Positions 28,724-39,396 of a DNA stretch of 64,000 nucleotides are shown here, in pieces; positions within the stretch are counted from its first letter, which is position 1, and each line of letters starts with the position of its first letter. Source of the DNA: Candidatus Latescibacterota bacterium (lineage in GTDB: Bacteria; Latescibacterota; UBA2968; UBA8231); NCBI GenBank assembly GCA_965261395.1, contig OZ253462.1, positions 2,560,001-2,624,000 on the forward strand, in the 5' to 3' direction. A program made the position numbers and the translations under genes. The notes under the pieces are model-generated. The model was given only the letters and a program-made list of their open reading frames with translations, was not told the origin of the DNA and did no database searches.

Positions 28724-30381
28724 ACCTGTGGCTGACCGGGCGGATCGTCGATGAGCTGGCCGCGGTGTTGGGCGAGGGGCGGGCGGCTTTTTTGCAGGTC
28801 CTGCCCTGGGTCGGCGGATTTTTCGGCACGCTCTTTGCCTACATGCTGCTCGATATGGCGCGGGCGATCTTGCAGGTCGATGTGCAGGAAAAAATCGGTG
28901 TGCGGATACAGCGCCGAGTCATCGACAAGGTGCAAAAAGTCGAGCTGGCTAGCTTTGAGCATCCCGCGTTCTACGATGCGCTCAAGCGGGCCAACGAGGA
29001 CCTGAGCGGCCGACTTTTGAGTCTGCTCAATGTGGTGCTGGACGTCATCGGCTCACTCGGGGGATTGGCCGCGATTGTGGGGGTGATGCTAACTGGGCAC
29101 TGGGCGCTGGGACCGCTGGTGGTGATCGGTTCGGTGCCGGGGGTGTGGGTGATGATGTGGATGAACAAGAAGACGCACTACGTCTATCGCGAGCGCACGC
29201 CGCAGTACCGCGAAACAACCTATTTCCGCGAACTGATGACCAAGCGCGAGGAGGCGATGGAGGTGCGGCTGTTCACCCTGCGCGACCATCTGCTCGACAC
29301 GTGGCGCGAGAAAGTGGTCGCACTGGCAAAAGAGCGGCGCGGGCTAGAGACCAAACAAGCATGGCTCGGCGGGCTGACCTCCAGCATTGACGGCTGGGCC
29401 TACGTGGGCTGTCTGACGATCCTCGCCTGGATGGTGGCCGGGGCGCAATTGACGATTGGCCAGTACGGAATGCTGACGCGGGCGGTGCAGCAGTTTACTT
29501 GGCGGCTCGAAGGGATCATGCGCTCGCTGGGCACCCTGCACGAGGAGTCCCTTTACTTGGGAGACCTCTACGAGTTTTTCAGCCTAGTGGCCCCGGAGGA
29601 ATCCGCAGGGCCAGCAGACTCAAGCGGGACGCTGGCAAGGGAAAATTTGCCGCTGCGCTTCGAGCAGGTGTCCTTCCGCTATCCTGGAGGTGAAGAGGTG
29701 CTCGAGGAGATCAATTTGGAAATTCGTCCAGGCGAGCGGATCGCGCTGGTGGGTGAAAACGGGGCCGGCAAGACGACCTTGGTCAAGCTGATGATGGGGC
29801 TGTACCAGCCGACGAGCGGACAAATTCTACTCGGCGACAAGCCGCTACAGGATTGGCCGCGGGAGCGGGTCCGGCGGCTTTTTGCGGCCGTCTTCCAAGA
29901 CTTCGTGCGCTTCCAGTTTTCGGTGCGCGACAATATCGCCTTTGGTTCGTTGGGCGAGCAGGCAGCCGTCGAGCAGGCGGCCGAGTGGGCGGGGGCGGCC
30001 GAGTTTATAGCCGAGCTACCCGGCCAGTACGGGGCCCTGCTGGGCAAGGAGCTGGGGGGCGCGGATCTATCGACCGGACAGTGGCAAAAGCTAGCGACAG
30101 CCAGAGCACTGGTGCGGGCGGCCGAGTTCGTGGTGCTGGACGAGCCGACGGCGGCGCTGGACCCCAAAGCCGAAGCCGAAGTCTATCGACACTTTGGGGA
30201 GATGACCAGAGGCAAAGCCTCGGTGTTGATTTCTCACCGGCTGGGTGCAGCGAGGATCGCCGGCCGGATTTTAGTGCTCAAGGGGGGGCGACTCATCGAG
30301 CAAGGGACGCACGAGGCATTGATGCAGAAAGGCGGAGAGTACAGCCGTTTGTTCAGCCTACAAGCTCGGTGGTACGAGTAA
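28700..30381 (+). pseudogene. Second ABC exporter subunit lacking its N-terminus
   Basis: Begins mid-TM1 (SSLLPAVDLWLTG) inside the first copy; intact NBD GENGAGKT, LSTGQWQK, DEPT, ISHRL. Confidence 0.75.
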
Positions 30382-30384
30382 GGG

Positions 30385-30654
30385 CTAGCGCCGTCGGCCC
30401 CTGCGGGGCTTACCGCGCGGACGCGCGGAGGGGCGGTCGGCCATTTCCTGGACGACCAGGTCAAGGCCCTTGAGATTTTGCCCGTTGAGCATGTCGATGG
30501 CCTCGCGGGCCGCGGCCTTGCTGGGCATGTCGATTTGGCCCCAGCGGCGGCGTGGATCAATGGTAACGGCGGCGACGGCCCCGAACAACTCGAACAGCAT
30601 GCGGAGGTCCTCTTCGGTGGCACCAGTCGCTATATTATCGATGCGAATCTTCAT
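30385..30654 (-). CDS. RRM RNA-binding protein
   Basis: KIRIDNI...TEEDLRMLFELFGAV...AIDMLNGQNLKG; Arg-rich tail. Confidence 0.85.
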   Translation of the reverse strand: MKIRIDNIATGATEEDLRMLFELFGAVAAVTIDPRRRWGQIDMPSKAAAREAIDMLNGQNLKGLDLVVQEMADRPSARPRGKPRRGRRR

Positions 30655-30671
30655 CTAATTTCCTAAAAATA

Positions 30672-30706
30672 AAAAGGGGGTGATGCAGTGTACATCACCC
30701 CCTTTT
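30672..30706. terminator. Intrinsic terminator downstream of the csp gene
   Basis: AAAAGGGGGTGATG-loop-CATCACCCCCTTTT. Confidence 0.8.
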
Positions 30707-30726
30707 GCACTATCTAAGGGCCAGAC

Positions 30727-30936
30727 CTAAACTGGTCTGACGCCCTCAGCCGCCGGGCCTTTCTTGCCCTGAACGACTTCAAACTCCACTTGCTGCCCGT
30801 CGGACAAGGTGCGGAACCCCTCGGCCTGGATCGCGCTGTGGTGGACGAAAACATCTTCGCCGTTCTCGCGCTCGATAAATCCGAAGCCCTTCGCGTCGTT
30901 GAACCATTTTACGGTTCCCTTCTCGCGATCTGCCAT
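30727..30936 (-). CDS. csp: Cold-shock protein
   Basis: [24 protein letters not shown]; start MADREKG at 30936. Confidence 0.95.
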   Translation of the reverse strand: MADREKGTVKWFNDAKGFGFIERENGEDVFVHHSAIQAEGFRTLSDGQQVEFEVVQGKKGPAAEGVRPV

Positions 30937-31326
30937 GGGTAAAATCCTTTGCATTGTGCGGTTAGAGCAGAACGTGCGAATAACTTTGAGTAGGAATCTA
31001 CTGCTTCAGGCTTTTCGGTAGGAAAACTACATCAGGCCTAGGGTAGGGTCTACGCGGATCCGAACGACTGCCAACGTGGTTCAAAATGCCCCTACAACTA
31101 TTGCAGAGACAAGCGATTGGGGTAAATATAGTCAATCTCAGCCGCAGCACAAGTAACTAATTTGCCTGCCGCCGGGCCGTCCAACCTGCTCAAACCCATC
31201 CCTGCCCCTCCACTCCTTGGTTTGGAATTGGCACTGCGGCCTCTATATTAAAGGAATTCACAACCGGATAGACGGCCCAATCCGTTTGTCCGTCCATCCA
31301 CTCGCACAAATGGAAACAGACGACTA

Positions 31327-32064
31327 ATGAGCGCAACCGGACCGGGGTTTGCCGCCGAAGACCTGAGCCTCTTCGCGCGGATACAGCGCGTGTTTTACGC
31401 GCCGCGCACGGCTTTTGCCGCGGTGCGAGGCCAAGAGACCGCGCACGACTGGTTGCTACCGGCCCTCCTCGTCTGCGCCGTGGGCCTCGGGGCATACCAC
31501 CTGACCTTAGACGCAGTAACCGATCTAGAGGGCCCAGCCGTACAGCAGCATCTAGAGAACATGGACGAAGCGGAGCAACAGCGCTACAAAGAGAGTGCGG
31601 CCATGATGCGGGCGCACGGCTGGATGATGATCCCGGTTGGGCTTTTTGCCTCCTTAGTCGTAGTCGGGGGCGTGCTTTTGGGGCTGGCGCGCTCCGTTTT
31701 CCAAGCCGAGGTCAGCTACCGGCAAATGCTGATCGTCAAAGCGTATGCGGCATTGGTGGTGGCTATCGAGTGGGCGGTGCGGGCGGTGCTGGTGCTGGCA
31801 ACCGGCGATATCGGGGCGCATCTGGGGCTGGGCCTCTTTCTATCCGAGGAGGCCGCAGCCACGTTTGGCGGCCGGGTGCTCACGGCCCTCAACCCCTTTG
31901 ACCTGTGGCAGGTTGGGATCATGGGCATCGGGTTGAGCGTTTTGGCCGACGCGCCCATGCGGAAGGCGACCCTCGCGCTTGGGCTGCTGTGGCTGTTCTG
32001 GCTAGTCGGCGGAGTCGCCATCGAGACCATCGGCCAAAACGCGCCCCTGCCTCCCCCCCAATAA
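31327..32064 (+). CDS. YIP1-family membrane protein
   Basis: RVFYAPRTAFAAV, five hydrophobic segments, LNPFDLW. Confidence 0.7.
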   Translation: MSATGPGFAAEDLSLFARIQRVFYAPRTAFAAVRGQETAHDWLLPALLVCAVGLGAYHLTLDAVTDLEGPAVQQHLENMDEAEQQRYKESAAMMRAHGWMMIPVGLFASLVVVGGVLLGLARSVFQAEVSYRQMLIVKAYAALVVAIEWAVRAVLVLATGDIGAHLGLGLFLSEEAAATFGGRVLTALNPFDLWQVGIMGIGLSVLADAPMRKATLALGLLWLFWLVGGVAIETIGQNAPLPPPQ

Positions 32065-32106
32065 ACGACCTGCCTTTGGGCGCGAATGCGCCGATCCTAA
32101 GCGTTT

Positions 32107-32432
32107 TTACACGGGAAAGTTCTTCCTATTCGGCGACAACAAGGCACCCATGCCCGACTCAGTGCGGATATTCAACAAGGTGGGGTTTGGCCTATGGGTA
32201 TGCGCCGGACAACGCCTATATCGTCGATTTCGAGCGCGGGGTCGAATTTTTGCTAACGGCCGCGGTGCTGGTAAACGAGAACGGCATTTTTAACGACGGG
32301 ACCTACGAATACGACGAGGTGGGGCTGCCGTTTTTGGCCGAACTAGGCCGGGTCATCTATGGATACGAGTTGGGGCGGAAACGAGTGCACCGGCCGGATT
32401 TGAGCAAGTGGCGGGTCAACTACGGGCCATGA
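32107..32432 (+). pseudogene. C-terminal remnant of a serine hydrolase (beta-lactamase fold)
   Basis: KFFLFGDNKAPMPDSVRIFNKVG[frameshift]LAYGY..DNAYIVDFERGVEFLL...NDGTYEYDEVGLPFLAELG; no start or N-terminus. Confidence 0.6.
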
Positions 32433-32455
32433 ACGAGGGAGTTTTAAAACAGTCT

Positions 32456-33655
32456 CTAAGGCTCAAGGCCGACGCCGCACCAGTAGGCCGGGCCTCTCAT
32501 CCAGTCCGTTGTCGCATTAGCTTTGCCGGCCGATTGAAAAAAATGATCTTCATGGTTGGTAGGCACTCTAACGGCTTGACTGAAATCTATTTCGTGCCCC
32601 ATATCAGCTAAGGCCGCCGCAGACACGGTCGAAATTACTTCCTTACTATGGATTTCTTCATCCAGACCCGCCGCACTCATCGTATCTCTGGATAACCCTC
32701 GCCAATGGATAGGTATAAGTTGCCATACAGGAACTTTTTTTCCTTGATAATCATCACCGCCCAAATCGTCATAGGCTGCAATTGCCTGTGGGCCTACCCA
32801 ATGAGTGTCATTGGGCAAAACTTTATTGTTTAGTATGTCTTCGTACAAATTTGAATTTGTGATCTGTCTGAGTAGCTCGTCCCAACGTATTCCGGCACCA
32901 ATCCCCAAAAGATGCCCGATTTCATGTAGTGCTATATTATAGATCTCTACATTGGGCCTAGCGAGATTCCCGCTGTGTTCTATAACATATGTACGAATTT
33001 CCGATGAGAATTGTATTTCACCTACTGCACAAAGATTGACATCATCTCCTTGTGTACGATTCCATCTCTGACTTGCAAAAGCCCACCTGTATGGCAGGTC
33101 TTTTTCATAAACGACGAAAACCAAAAGATCATCTACAACCGGATTTTCTTTTATTACCTGATCCATCCACTCCGAACCAACAGAATCCGTTATTTCCTCA
33201 TCCGACAAATCGCCTATAATCACTTCTTCCCAACGCCGTGCTGCGTCTTGAAAAACTTGCCGGTCTTCTTCTATAATATCTGGAGCAAAAACCAGTTGGA
33301 TATTGAAGCGTTGAGTGTCGTCGAGTACCTCTACGCTAGTAGAATCTACCACGCTAGTAGAATCTACCTGAACCGGCTCTTCTGGTCCCTCTATATCATC
33401 GGTCTGAGTAGTTGCCGTTGAATCAGCAGGAAGCGGATCGGTTTCGGTTTCGGTTTCGGTTTCGGTGCTATCTTGAGGTGCCGTATGCCCGCCCGAGCCT
33501 TCAGGGGCTTGATGATTCCCATCGCCGAGGAAGCCGCACAGGGCACAGTTGGCCTTACCCGCTGGCGCGACAGGTGGCGGTTGATGTTTCGAGCAGGAAA
33601 GGGCTAGAAATGATAGGGTGAGCAAGACAATGCGTAACATGGGTATCTTTCTCAT
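32456..33655 (-). CDS. Lipoprotein with leishmanolysin (M8)-like zinc metalloprotease domain
   Basis: Lipobox LALSC; FNIQLVF...FQDAARRWEEVI.GD; ALHEIGHLLGIG; HW...TMS; AALADMGH. Confidence 0.8.
   Translation of the reverse strand: MRKIPMLRIVLLTLSFLALSCSKHQPPPVAPAGKANCALCGFLGDGNHQAPEGSGGHTAPQDSTETETETETDPLPADSTATTQTDDIEGPEEPVQVDSTSVVDSTSVEVLDDTQRFNIQLVFAPDIIEEDRQVFQDAARRWEEVIIGDLSDEEITDSVGSEWMDQVIKENPVVDDLLVFVVYEKDLPYRWAFASQRWNRTQGDDVNLCAVGEIQFSSEIRTYVIEHSGNLARPNVEIYNIALHEIGHLLGIGAGIRWDELLRQITNSNLYEDILNNKVLPNDTHWVGPQAIAAYDDLGGDDYQGKKVPVWQLIPIHWRGLSRDTMSAAGLDEEIHSKEVISTVSAAALADMGHEIDFSQAVRVPTNHEDHFFQSAGKANATTDWMRGPAYWCGVGLEP
33333..33466. repeat. In-frame tandem repeats in the protease linker
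   Basis: ACGCTAGTAGAATCTACC x2 (33333-33368; VDSTSV) and nearly five TCGGTT units (33438-33466; TETE). Confidence 0.85.
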
Positions 33656-33780
33656 TCGACTAAACGAGGAGTAGCGTAAGCAACTCTTTTGGTTTGATCA
33701 TCTGCGTGAACACGTTTTCAATATTAATGAATAGATTTTCCATATACAAGATGACAAAAAACAGGAAGAATCCCACAATT

Positions 33781-33894
33781 TCTAATTCCCCACTTCCACC
33801 CCCTGCACCCCAAACACTTCTTCGAGAAAATTCTCGCCCATCAGCACGTAGCAGGTGGCGTCTGGGTGGAGGTTGTCCGGCAGGTATTCAGCGA
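33781..33894 (-). repeat. Diverged 114-bp copy of the SGNH hydrolase 3' end (39591-39704)
   Basis: Encodes AEYLPDNLHPDATCYVLMGENFLEEVFGVQGVEVGN* versus AEYLPDNLHPDATGYELMGQNFLKEVFGVQGVQVGN*. Confidence 0.9.
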
Positions 33895-33896
33895 AG

Positions 33897-34301
33897 TTAG
33901 CCCCTGTCTCCCGGCGGCACCTCATGGCCGAGCATCGCGCTGATAAAGAGAAACTTCAGCGGCTTGTCGCCAACATTGCGGTGCTTGTGAAAGACATTGC
34001 GCGGCAGGAGCACGCAGTCGCCCGGCCCCAGTTGATAGGTTTCGTCCCCCACCTCAACTTCGATATCGCCTTCTAAGATGTAAAAGGCCTGCTCCTGATC
34101 GGCGTGAGCATGGCCGTCACCTGAGACTCCGCCAGGCTCGTATTCGTTGGTGTGGATTACTAGCCGCTCGGTATTTATGGCGGCCGGTCGCTCCTTCCGA
34201 CGCGCTCCGGGGCCAAGTATAACCCGCGAGATACTGCCGGGATGGCCGTGATTTTCAGCCGGTTGGCCGAAGCAATCCTGCACTCGATAGATATCGCCCA
34301 T
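33897..34301 (-). CDS. Cupin domain protein
   Basis: HAHADQEQAFYILEG...PRNVFHKHRN. Confidence 0.88.
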   Translation of the reverse strand: MGDIYRVQDCFGQPAENHGHPGSISRVILGPGARRKERPAAINTERLVIHTNEYEPGGVSGDGHAHADQEQAFYILEGDIEVEVGDETYQLGPGDCVLLPRNVFHKHRNVGDKPLKFLFISAMLGHEVPPGDRG

Positions 34302-34322
34302 GGTCTGTCCTCCATTTGATCG

Positions 34323-35042
34323 TTAGGAAAGTCCCGCTGGCAATAGCACCAACTCTGGCACATAGGCCCGCGCCGGCAGCGCCGCGACAAAGAGGCAGGC
34401 ATCGGCCACATCCTGCGGCATCAACGCCTGGGCCATCACCTCCGGTGGGGTGGGCACCGGCCGCTTGAGCACCAGCGGCGTGTCTGTCAGTCCCGGAAAG
34501 ATCACGCAGGTGCGGACGCCGTTCTCCTTCTCTTCCTGGAAAGTACCGTGGGCCAATCCGACCATCCCGTGCTTGCTCGCCTGATAAGAGACCCCAGAGG
34601 CATCCGGCTTCTGCACACAACCGCTCGACACGTAAATGATCAATCCGGTGCCCTGCTCGCGCATCACCGGCAATGCGGCCTTGGTGCAGTGGAATGCCCC
34701 CGTCAGATTGGTGCCGAGCATCATTTCCCAAGTCTCCTCAGTGAGCACCTTCAACGCGCGATCCGGGATATTGGTCCCCGTCACATAGGCCAGGATATCT
34801 ACCCGGCCATACGCTGCTACCGCCCGCTGGACCAATGCCGCCGCGGCCGCCTTGTCCCGCGCGTCGGTGGCGCACGCCAAGGCGTTTTCACCTAACTCCT
34901 CAGCCAGCGCCTCCAGTTTGTCGCCGCTGCGGGCGGCCAGCACCACTTTTGCTCCGGCTTCGACATAGGTTTTCGCCGTCGCCTCACCCATCCCGCTGCT
35001 GGCACCGACGACAATCGCCACTTTGCCTGTTAGATCTGCCAT
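34323..35042 (-). CDS. SDR oxidoreductase
   Basis: GASSGMG, YQASK; start MADLTGK at 35042. Confidence 0.9.
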   Translation of the reverse strand: MADLTGKVAIVVGASSGMGEATAKTYVEAGAKVVLAARSGDKLEALAEELGENALACATDARDKAAAAALVQRAVAAYGRVDILAYVTGTNIPDRALKVLTEETWEMMLGTNLTGAFHCTKAALPVMREQGTGLIIYVSSGCVQKPDASGVSYQASKHGMVGLAHGTFQEEKENGVRTCVIFPGLTDTPLVLKRPVPTPPEVMAQALMPQDVADACLFVAALPARAYVPELVLLPAGLS

Positions 35043-35096
35043 AGTTTTCAGTCGATCCTGCCCTTGAGTTTGACCGGCCACACTGCCGGCGAATCG

Positions 35097-36515
35097 CTAA
35101 CGAGTCGTCTGCGCCGCGCGAGTCCGCCGCCCAAACAGGCGTTGCCGGCTTACCCTCTCGCCTTGCATTCCCGTGCGCTTTTGCGAATTCGCATTGGCAT
35201 CGCGCCGTGCATTCGCGGCTGGACCGAGCATCGATGTACCATGAGGCCCGTCGCGGCGATTTCCATTGCTACTGCCATTGCTATTGCCACTGCGCCGCCG
35301 TTTCGCCGTATTCGAGGGTTTTCCCTCGCCCCCTCGCTGCCTCTTCGCCGCACCCTGCCCATTATCCCCATTACTATCTTGGTATTCCGCCCTTGCGCCG
35401 CGCGAGACGATGGTCAAGGGCACGCCCGTCAGCCGCTCAATGCTCCGCAAGATCGCCACTTCCTCCGTCGCGCAAAACGACAGGGCGATGCCTTCCGCCC
35501 CGGCCCGGGCCGTGCGGCCGATCCGGTGCACATAGCTCTCCTTGTCGTTGGGCAGGTCGTAGTTGATAACGTGGGAAATTCCCTCCACGTCGATACCTCG
35601 GGCGACGATATCGGTGGCGACCAGGACCTTGATCCGCCCGCGATCAAACGCCGCCAACGCTCGCTGGCGGGCACCCTGGTTTTTGTCGGCATGGATCGCG
35701 GCGGCGGCGATACCCTGATTGGACAATTGCTTCATCACCCTGTCGGCTCGACGCTTGGTCCGCGTAAAGACCAGAGCGCGGAGCACGTCTTCGCCCTTGA
35801 GCACCTGCTTCAGCAGATCGCGTTTGCCATCTTGTTCGACAAAGAGCACTTGTTGGTCGATTCGTTCCGACACCGACGCCGCCGGCGTCACCTCGGCGTT
35901 GACCGGCTTGTCGAGCATATCACCGGCTAGTGCGGTGATATCCTTGGACAAGGTCGCCGAAAAGAGCATCGTCTGCCGCTTTTTGGGCAAGGTCCCGACA
36001 ATCCGGCGCACGTCGTGGATAAAACCCATGTCCAACATCCGGTCGGCCTCGTCGAGGACCAGCATCTCGATCTGGTCCAGCTTTATATAGCCCTGGTTCA
36101 TCAGGTCGAGCAAGCGGCCCGGCGTCGCCACCACGATATCGGGGTTTTTGCGCAGCGCGCTCACTTGTGGGCCCAGCGGCACTCCACCGAGAATCACCAT
36201 GCTGGTGAGCTTTAGATAGCGGCCATAGTTGCGGAAACTCTCGTCGATCTGCAACGCCAGCTCCCGCGTCGGCGTCAATATCAGCGCACGGATTTGTCCA
36301 CGGCCCTTGCGCTCGTCGAGCACTTGCAGCATCGGCAGTGCAAAGGCCGCCGTCTTGCCGGTACCCGTCTGTGCGGTGGCCAACAGATCTTGGCCCGCCA
36401 GCACCTTGGGAATAGCCTGTTCCTGGATTGGCGTCGGCTGTTGGTACCCTTCTTTAGCCAACGCGCGCAGCAATGGCTCGTTTAGCTTGAGGGCTTCAAA
36501 TTGAATAGAAGACAT
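35097..36515 (-). CDS. rhlE: DEAD-box RNA helicase (RhlE-like)
   Basis: PTPIQ, AQTGTGKT, PTRELA, DEADRMLDMGF, SAT, ARGID, HRIGRTAR. Confidence 0.9.
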   Translation of the reverse strand: MSSIQFEALKLNEPLLRALAKEGYQQPTPIQEQAIPKVLAGQDLLATAQTGTGKTAAFALPMLQVLDERKGRGQIRALILTPTRELALQIDESFRNYGRYLKLTSMVILGGVPLGPQVSALRKNPDIVVATPGRLLDLMNQGYIKLDQIEMLVLDEADRMLDMGFIHDVRRIVGTLPKKRQTMLFSATLSKDITALAGDMLDKPVNAEVTPAASVSERIDQQVLFVEQDGKRDLLKQVLKGEDVLRALVFTRTKRRADRVMKQLSNQGIAAAAIHADKNQGARQRALAAFDRGRIKVLVATDIVARGIDVEGISHVINYDLPNDKESYVHRIGRTARAGAEGIALSFCATEEVAILRSIERLTGVPLTIVSRGARAEYQDSNGDNGQGAAKRQRGGEGKPSNTAKRRRSGNSNGSSNGNRRDGPHGTSMLGPAANARRDANANSQKRTGMQGERVSRQRLFGRRTRAAQTTR

Positions 36516-36771
36516 AAACTCCTGTCTTGATAGTCCGAGATATAAAGCGACATGCCTCGGGGATACACTCAAAACAGGATTGGATTGGGGGTGCCGAGAA
36601 AAGCGCAGAAACCGTCGGTAGGTTTAAAAAACTTCGCGTAGCCTGAAAACTCAGAGGAACTACACTATTGAGCAAGATACCTAATTACAGCTATTTACGC
36701 AACAGACAGGTAGTGGGTCACTTTGAAATTGGCAAAGAACAAACAGGATTCCTGTTATCCCACCTGCAGGC

Positions 36772-37356
36772 CTAGTGCATAAATTCCTCTGGTGCCAATA
36801 CTCCGGCCGTAAACCGGATCCGACCAATCGCTCCCTTAAACCAACACACGCGATTCAACCGCACCCCAATCGACGTCTGGCCCGCTGTTAACGGGGCAAA
36901 ATCAATCGGCCCGCTCGCCTCCTCAACGCCATTGACAAAGTTGGTTTCATCGCGCCCGTCGCAGGTCAGTGCTAAATGGTACCACTCCCCCACGGGATGG
37001 AGCTGGCCTTCGTTTAACAAGGCCCGGTTCGAGTCTCCCGAGCTGATAAAGGTGTCGAGATACCAGTGCCCAGTCCCGGTCAGACGCGTCTCGAAAAGCA
37101 CGCGGTCCCCGCTGGCTTCCCCCAAATGCAAGAAGCGCTGCTCGGCCAACCCACCCTCATCGGGCCGGAAATCAAGTTCAATGGTAAAAACCTCCAGCCC
37201 AGCGAGGGGATTGGTCCCGATAAACAACGCATCCCGCACCCCGTCGAACTCGATAGCCGGTCCATAGGGGCCCGCAATTACGGCGGGTCGGCCACTCACG
37301 TCGAGTTTGTTGTCGCCCAACTGCTCTAAATTATCCAACTCCCATACAACCTGCAT
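36772..37356 (-). CDS. LamG-like (concanavalin fold) protein
   Basis: AIEFDG...FTIE...WYHLALTCDG...FKGAIGRIRF. Confidence 0.75.
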   Translation of the reverse strand: MQVVWELDNLEQLGDNKLDVSGRPAVIAGPYGPAIEFDGVRDALFIGTNPLAGLEVFTIELDFRPDEGGLAEQRFLHLGEASGDRVLFETRLTGTGHWYLDTFISSGDSNRALLNEGQLHPVGEWYHLALTCDGRDETNFVNGVEEASGPIDFAPLTAGQTSIGVRLNRVCWFKGAIGRIRFTAGVLAPEEFMH

Positions 37357-37412
37357 AATGCCTCCTAATTCAATAGTGCCTAGAAAAAGCGGTAGACCTA
37401 ACGGACCGAATG

Positions 37413-38645
37413 CTATTCGGGGTATATTTGAATCAGCCGCGCACTCTCCCCTTCATCATATGTGTGATATCCGAAGTACAACCTCCCTCGGTCGTCTATC
37501 GCGTTGGTGCCGGTCACCGTGCCGCCTGTCAGGGAGGGGAAACGGGCGAGCTGTGTCTTATCCCCGGTCTCTATATCATATTCGTACAGTGTGGGGACAT
37601 TACCCTCTGCGAATCGGCAAGGAAGGGTATACAGCTTTTTCTCGTCCTGCGACAGAATCAGGCCGAAGACGAATTGGATCGACTGTCCCTGTGCCATCTC
37701 CTCGGGCGGGAGTAGGGAACCCAGATCTTTCAGGCGCTCTGCTTCGACGTCGAAGGAGTAGAGGTTGCCGCCTCTGTTAGTAAGAAGATACACGGTATTC
37801 CCATCCCGGGTCGCCACCATGCCGTGGAGGTAGCCGTTGCTCAGTATATTGCGCTGTTGGGTCCGCTGCATCACGCCCGATTTAACATCCAATTCCCATA
37901 GCCAGAAGTCCGGCGCATGGTAGGAGAAATACACCTTGCCCTTCTTCGTAGCCCAGATTTCGCGCGACACGTTCTTCCGGCGATATTCCGGGACGCCTGG
38001 GTAGAAGGTCGTGCGGCGTTTTTTTAGATCATAGATCAGGACATCCCCAAAGGGAAAAGTAAAACCGGCCAGTTTGTCGTGTTGCCGCAGAATGTCCATG
38101 GCGATGATTCCTTGATAGGGCACCGAGACCCCGTGATTGTCCGTTACGCTCAGGTCCTCAAAGGCCTCCGTCTTCAGGTCGAAGGCGTAGAAGTGGCCCC
38201 CGCGACGTTGGTAGATGTCGCTGTAGTCGGCTTTGATGTCGTGGTAGTCGTGGGAGGAGAAGTACATTTTGCCCTTGTACTCCACGATCGCGACGTGCAC
38301 TTTGCCGATGCTCTCTTCCGGCCCCAGATTTCCCGCCGCTGCGCTGATGCCCCGCAGAGTGCCCAGCAGTTGACGATCTTCGGTCTTCGTGTTGTACCTG
38401 AAGATGACCGTATCGTCGGGATTAACGTCGTTTTGATCGCTGGCGGCGAAGTAGACGCGCTGCTGCTGGTCGATCCCTAGCCCACCCCAACAGACCGTCA
38501 GATTAGATCCGCTGGGTTTTATGTCCGCGAAAGAAATGAAACGGACTTTGTACTCGGTCGCAGCAGCTTCTTGGGCAAGTGGGAGAATTAAAAGCAACAA
38601 GAAGTTGGTTATTACCAATATCCTGGCGTTTTTGCTGTTTTCCAT
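37413..38645 (-). CDS. Secreted beta-propeller hypothetical protein
   Basis: Signal peptide; GKVH..IVEYKGKMYFSSH; repeated YD-type blades. Confidence 0.65.
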   Translation of the reverse strand: MENSKNARILVITNFLLLLILPLAQEAAATEYKVRFISFADIKPSGSNLTVCWGGLGIDQQQRVYFAASDQNDVNPDDTVIFRYNTKTEDRQLLGTLRGISAAAGNLGPEESIGKVHVAIVEYKGKMYFSSHDYHDIKADYSDIYQRRGGHFYAFDLKTEAFEDLSVTDNHGVSVPYQGIIAMDILRQHDKLAGFTFPFGDVLIYDLKKRRTTFYPGVPEYRRKNVSREIWATKKGKVYFSYHAPDFWLWELDVKSGVMQRTQQRNILSNGYLHGMVATRDGNTVYLLTNRGGNLYSFDVEAERLKDLGSLLPPEEMAQGQSIQFVFGLILSQDEKKLYTLPCRFAEGNVPTLYEYDIETGDKTQLARFPSLTGGTVTGTNAIDDRGRLYFGYHTYDEGESARLIQIYPE

Positions 38646-38773
38646 AAAAATCTCTCTTGGGGACTGTTTGCTTTAGCTGACAGGGGAAAAGGGAGCGGGC
38701 TTGGCGATGGGCGCTTGCGTCCCTGAGACAAGGCCGATATATCCAAGCTCTTCACCTTCCCCTGTATTATTTC

Positions 38774-39396
38774 TTTGACAGGGTTCTACTGTTGTGCCTG
38801 TATCACAGGCATGGCCGACAACAGATATAAAAGGAACGCTGGCAGCGTCTTCTCTCTCAAGTACCACATCGTTTTTTGCCCCAAATTCAGGCGCAAGGTT
38901 TTGTCTGAATCTGTTGCTAAGACACTGCGGGGGCTGCTCCAAAAGGGCGTCTGAATGCAACGTACCTATCATCAATACCGTCCTTGTCGGATGGGACGCT
39001 GGTAGACGCCTCGCGCAAGCTCAAGGCGTCGCTGGCCAAGCTACGACGCGCCAACCGCGCCCTCGCGCGCAAGCAGCGATTTTCTGGCAGGTGGCACAAG
39101 CAGCACCAACAACTGGCGCGGCGGCATGAGAGGATCGCCAACCAGCGCAAAGACTTCTGGCATAAAACCACCGACTCACTGACCAAGCACTACGCCTTGA
39201 TCGCCGTCGGATAGAGGGCAAGAAGTTGTCGCAACGGTGGCACTCCTGTTCCTGTGGCGTCGAACTAGATCGAGATGTCAACGCCGCCGTCAATATACTC
39301 GATAAGGCCCGAAGCGGGCCTACGGAGCCGAACGTAGAGGCGGTTAGCTCAGGCGTGCTCCGTGAAAGCCGTCTCCTTTAGGGGACGGTAGCTTAC
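38774..39396 (+). mobile_element. Internally deleted IS200/IS605 element (tnpA and tnpB fragments)
   Basis: TnpA start 38811-38954 (VFSLKYHIVFCPKFRRKVL); TnpB pieces MQRTY, LSDGT..RIANQRKDFWHK..IAV and LSQRWHSCSCG.ELDRDVNAAVNIL; right-end hairpin GCCGTCTCCTTTAGGGGACGGT then AGCTTAC; left boundary uncertain by several nt. Confidence 0.85.
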
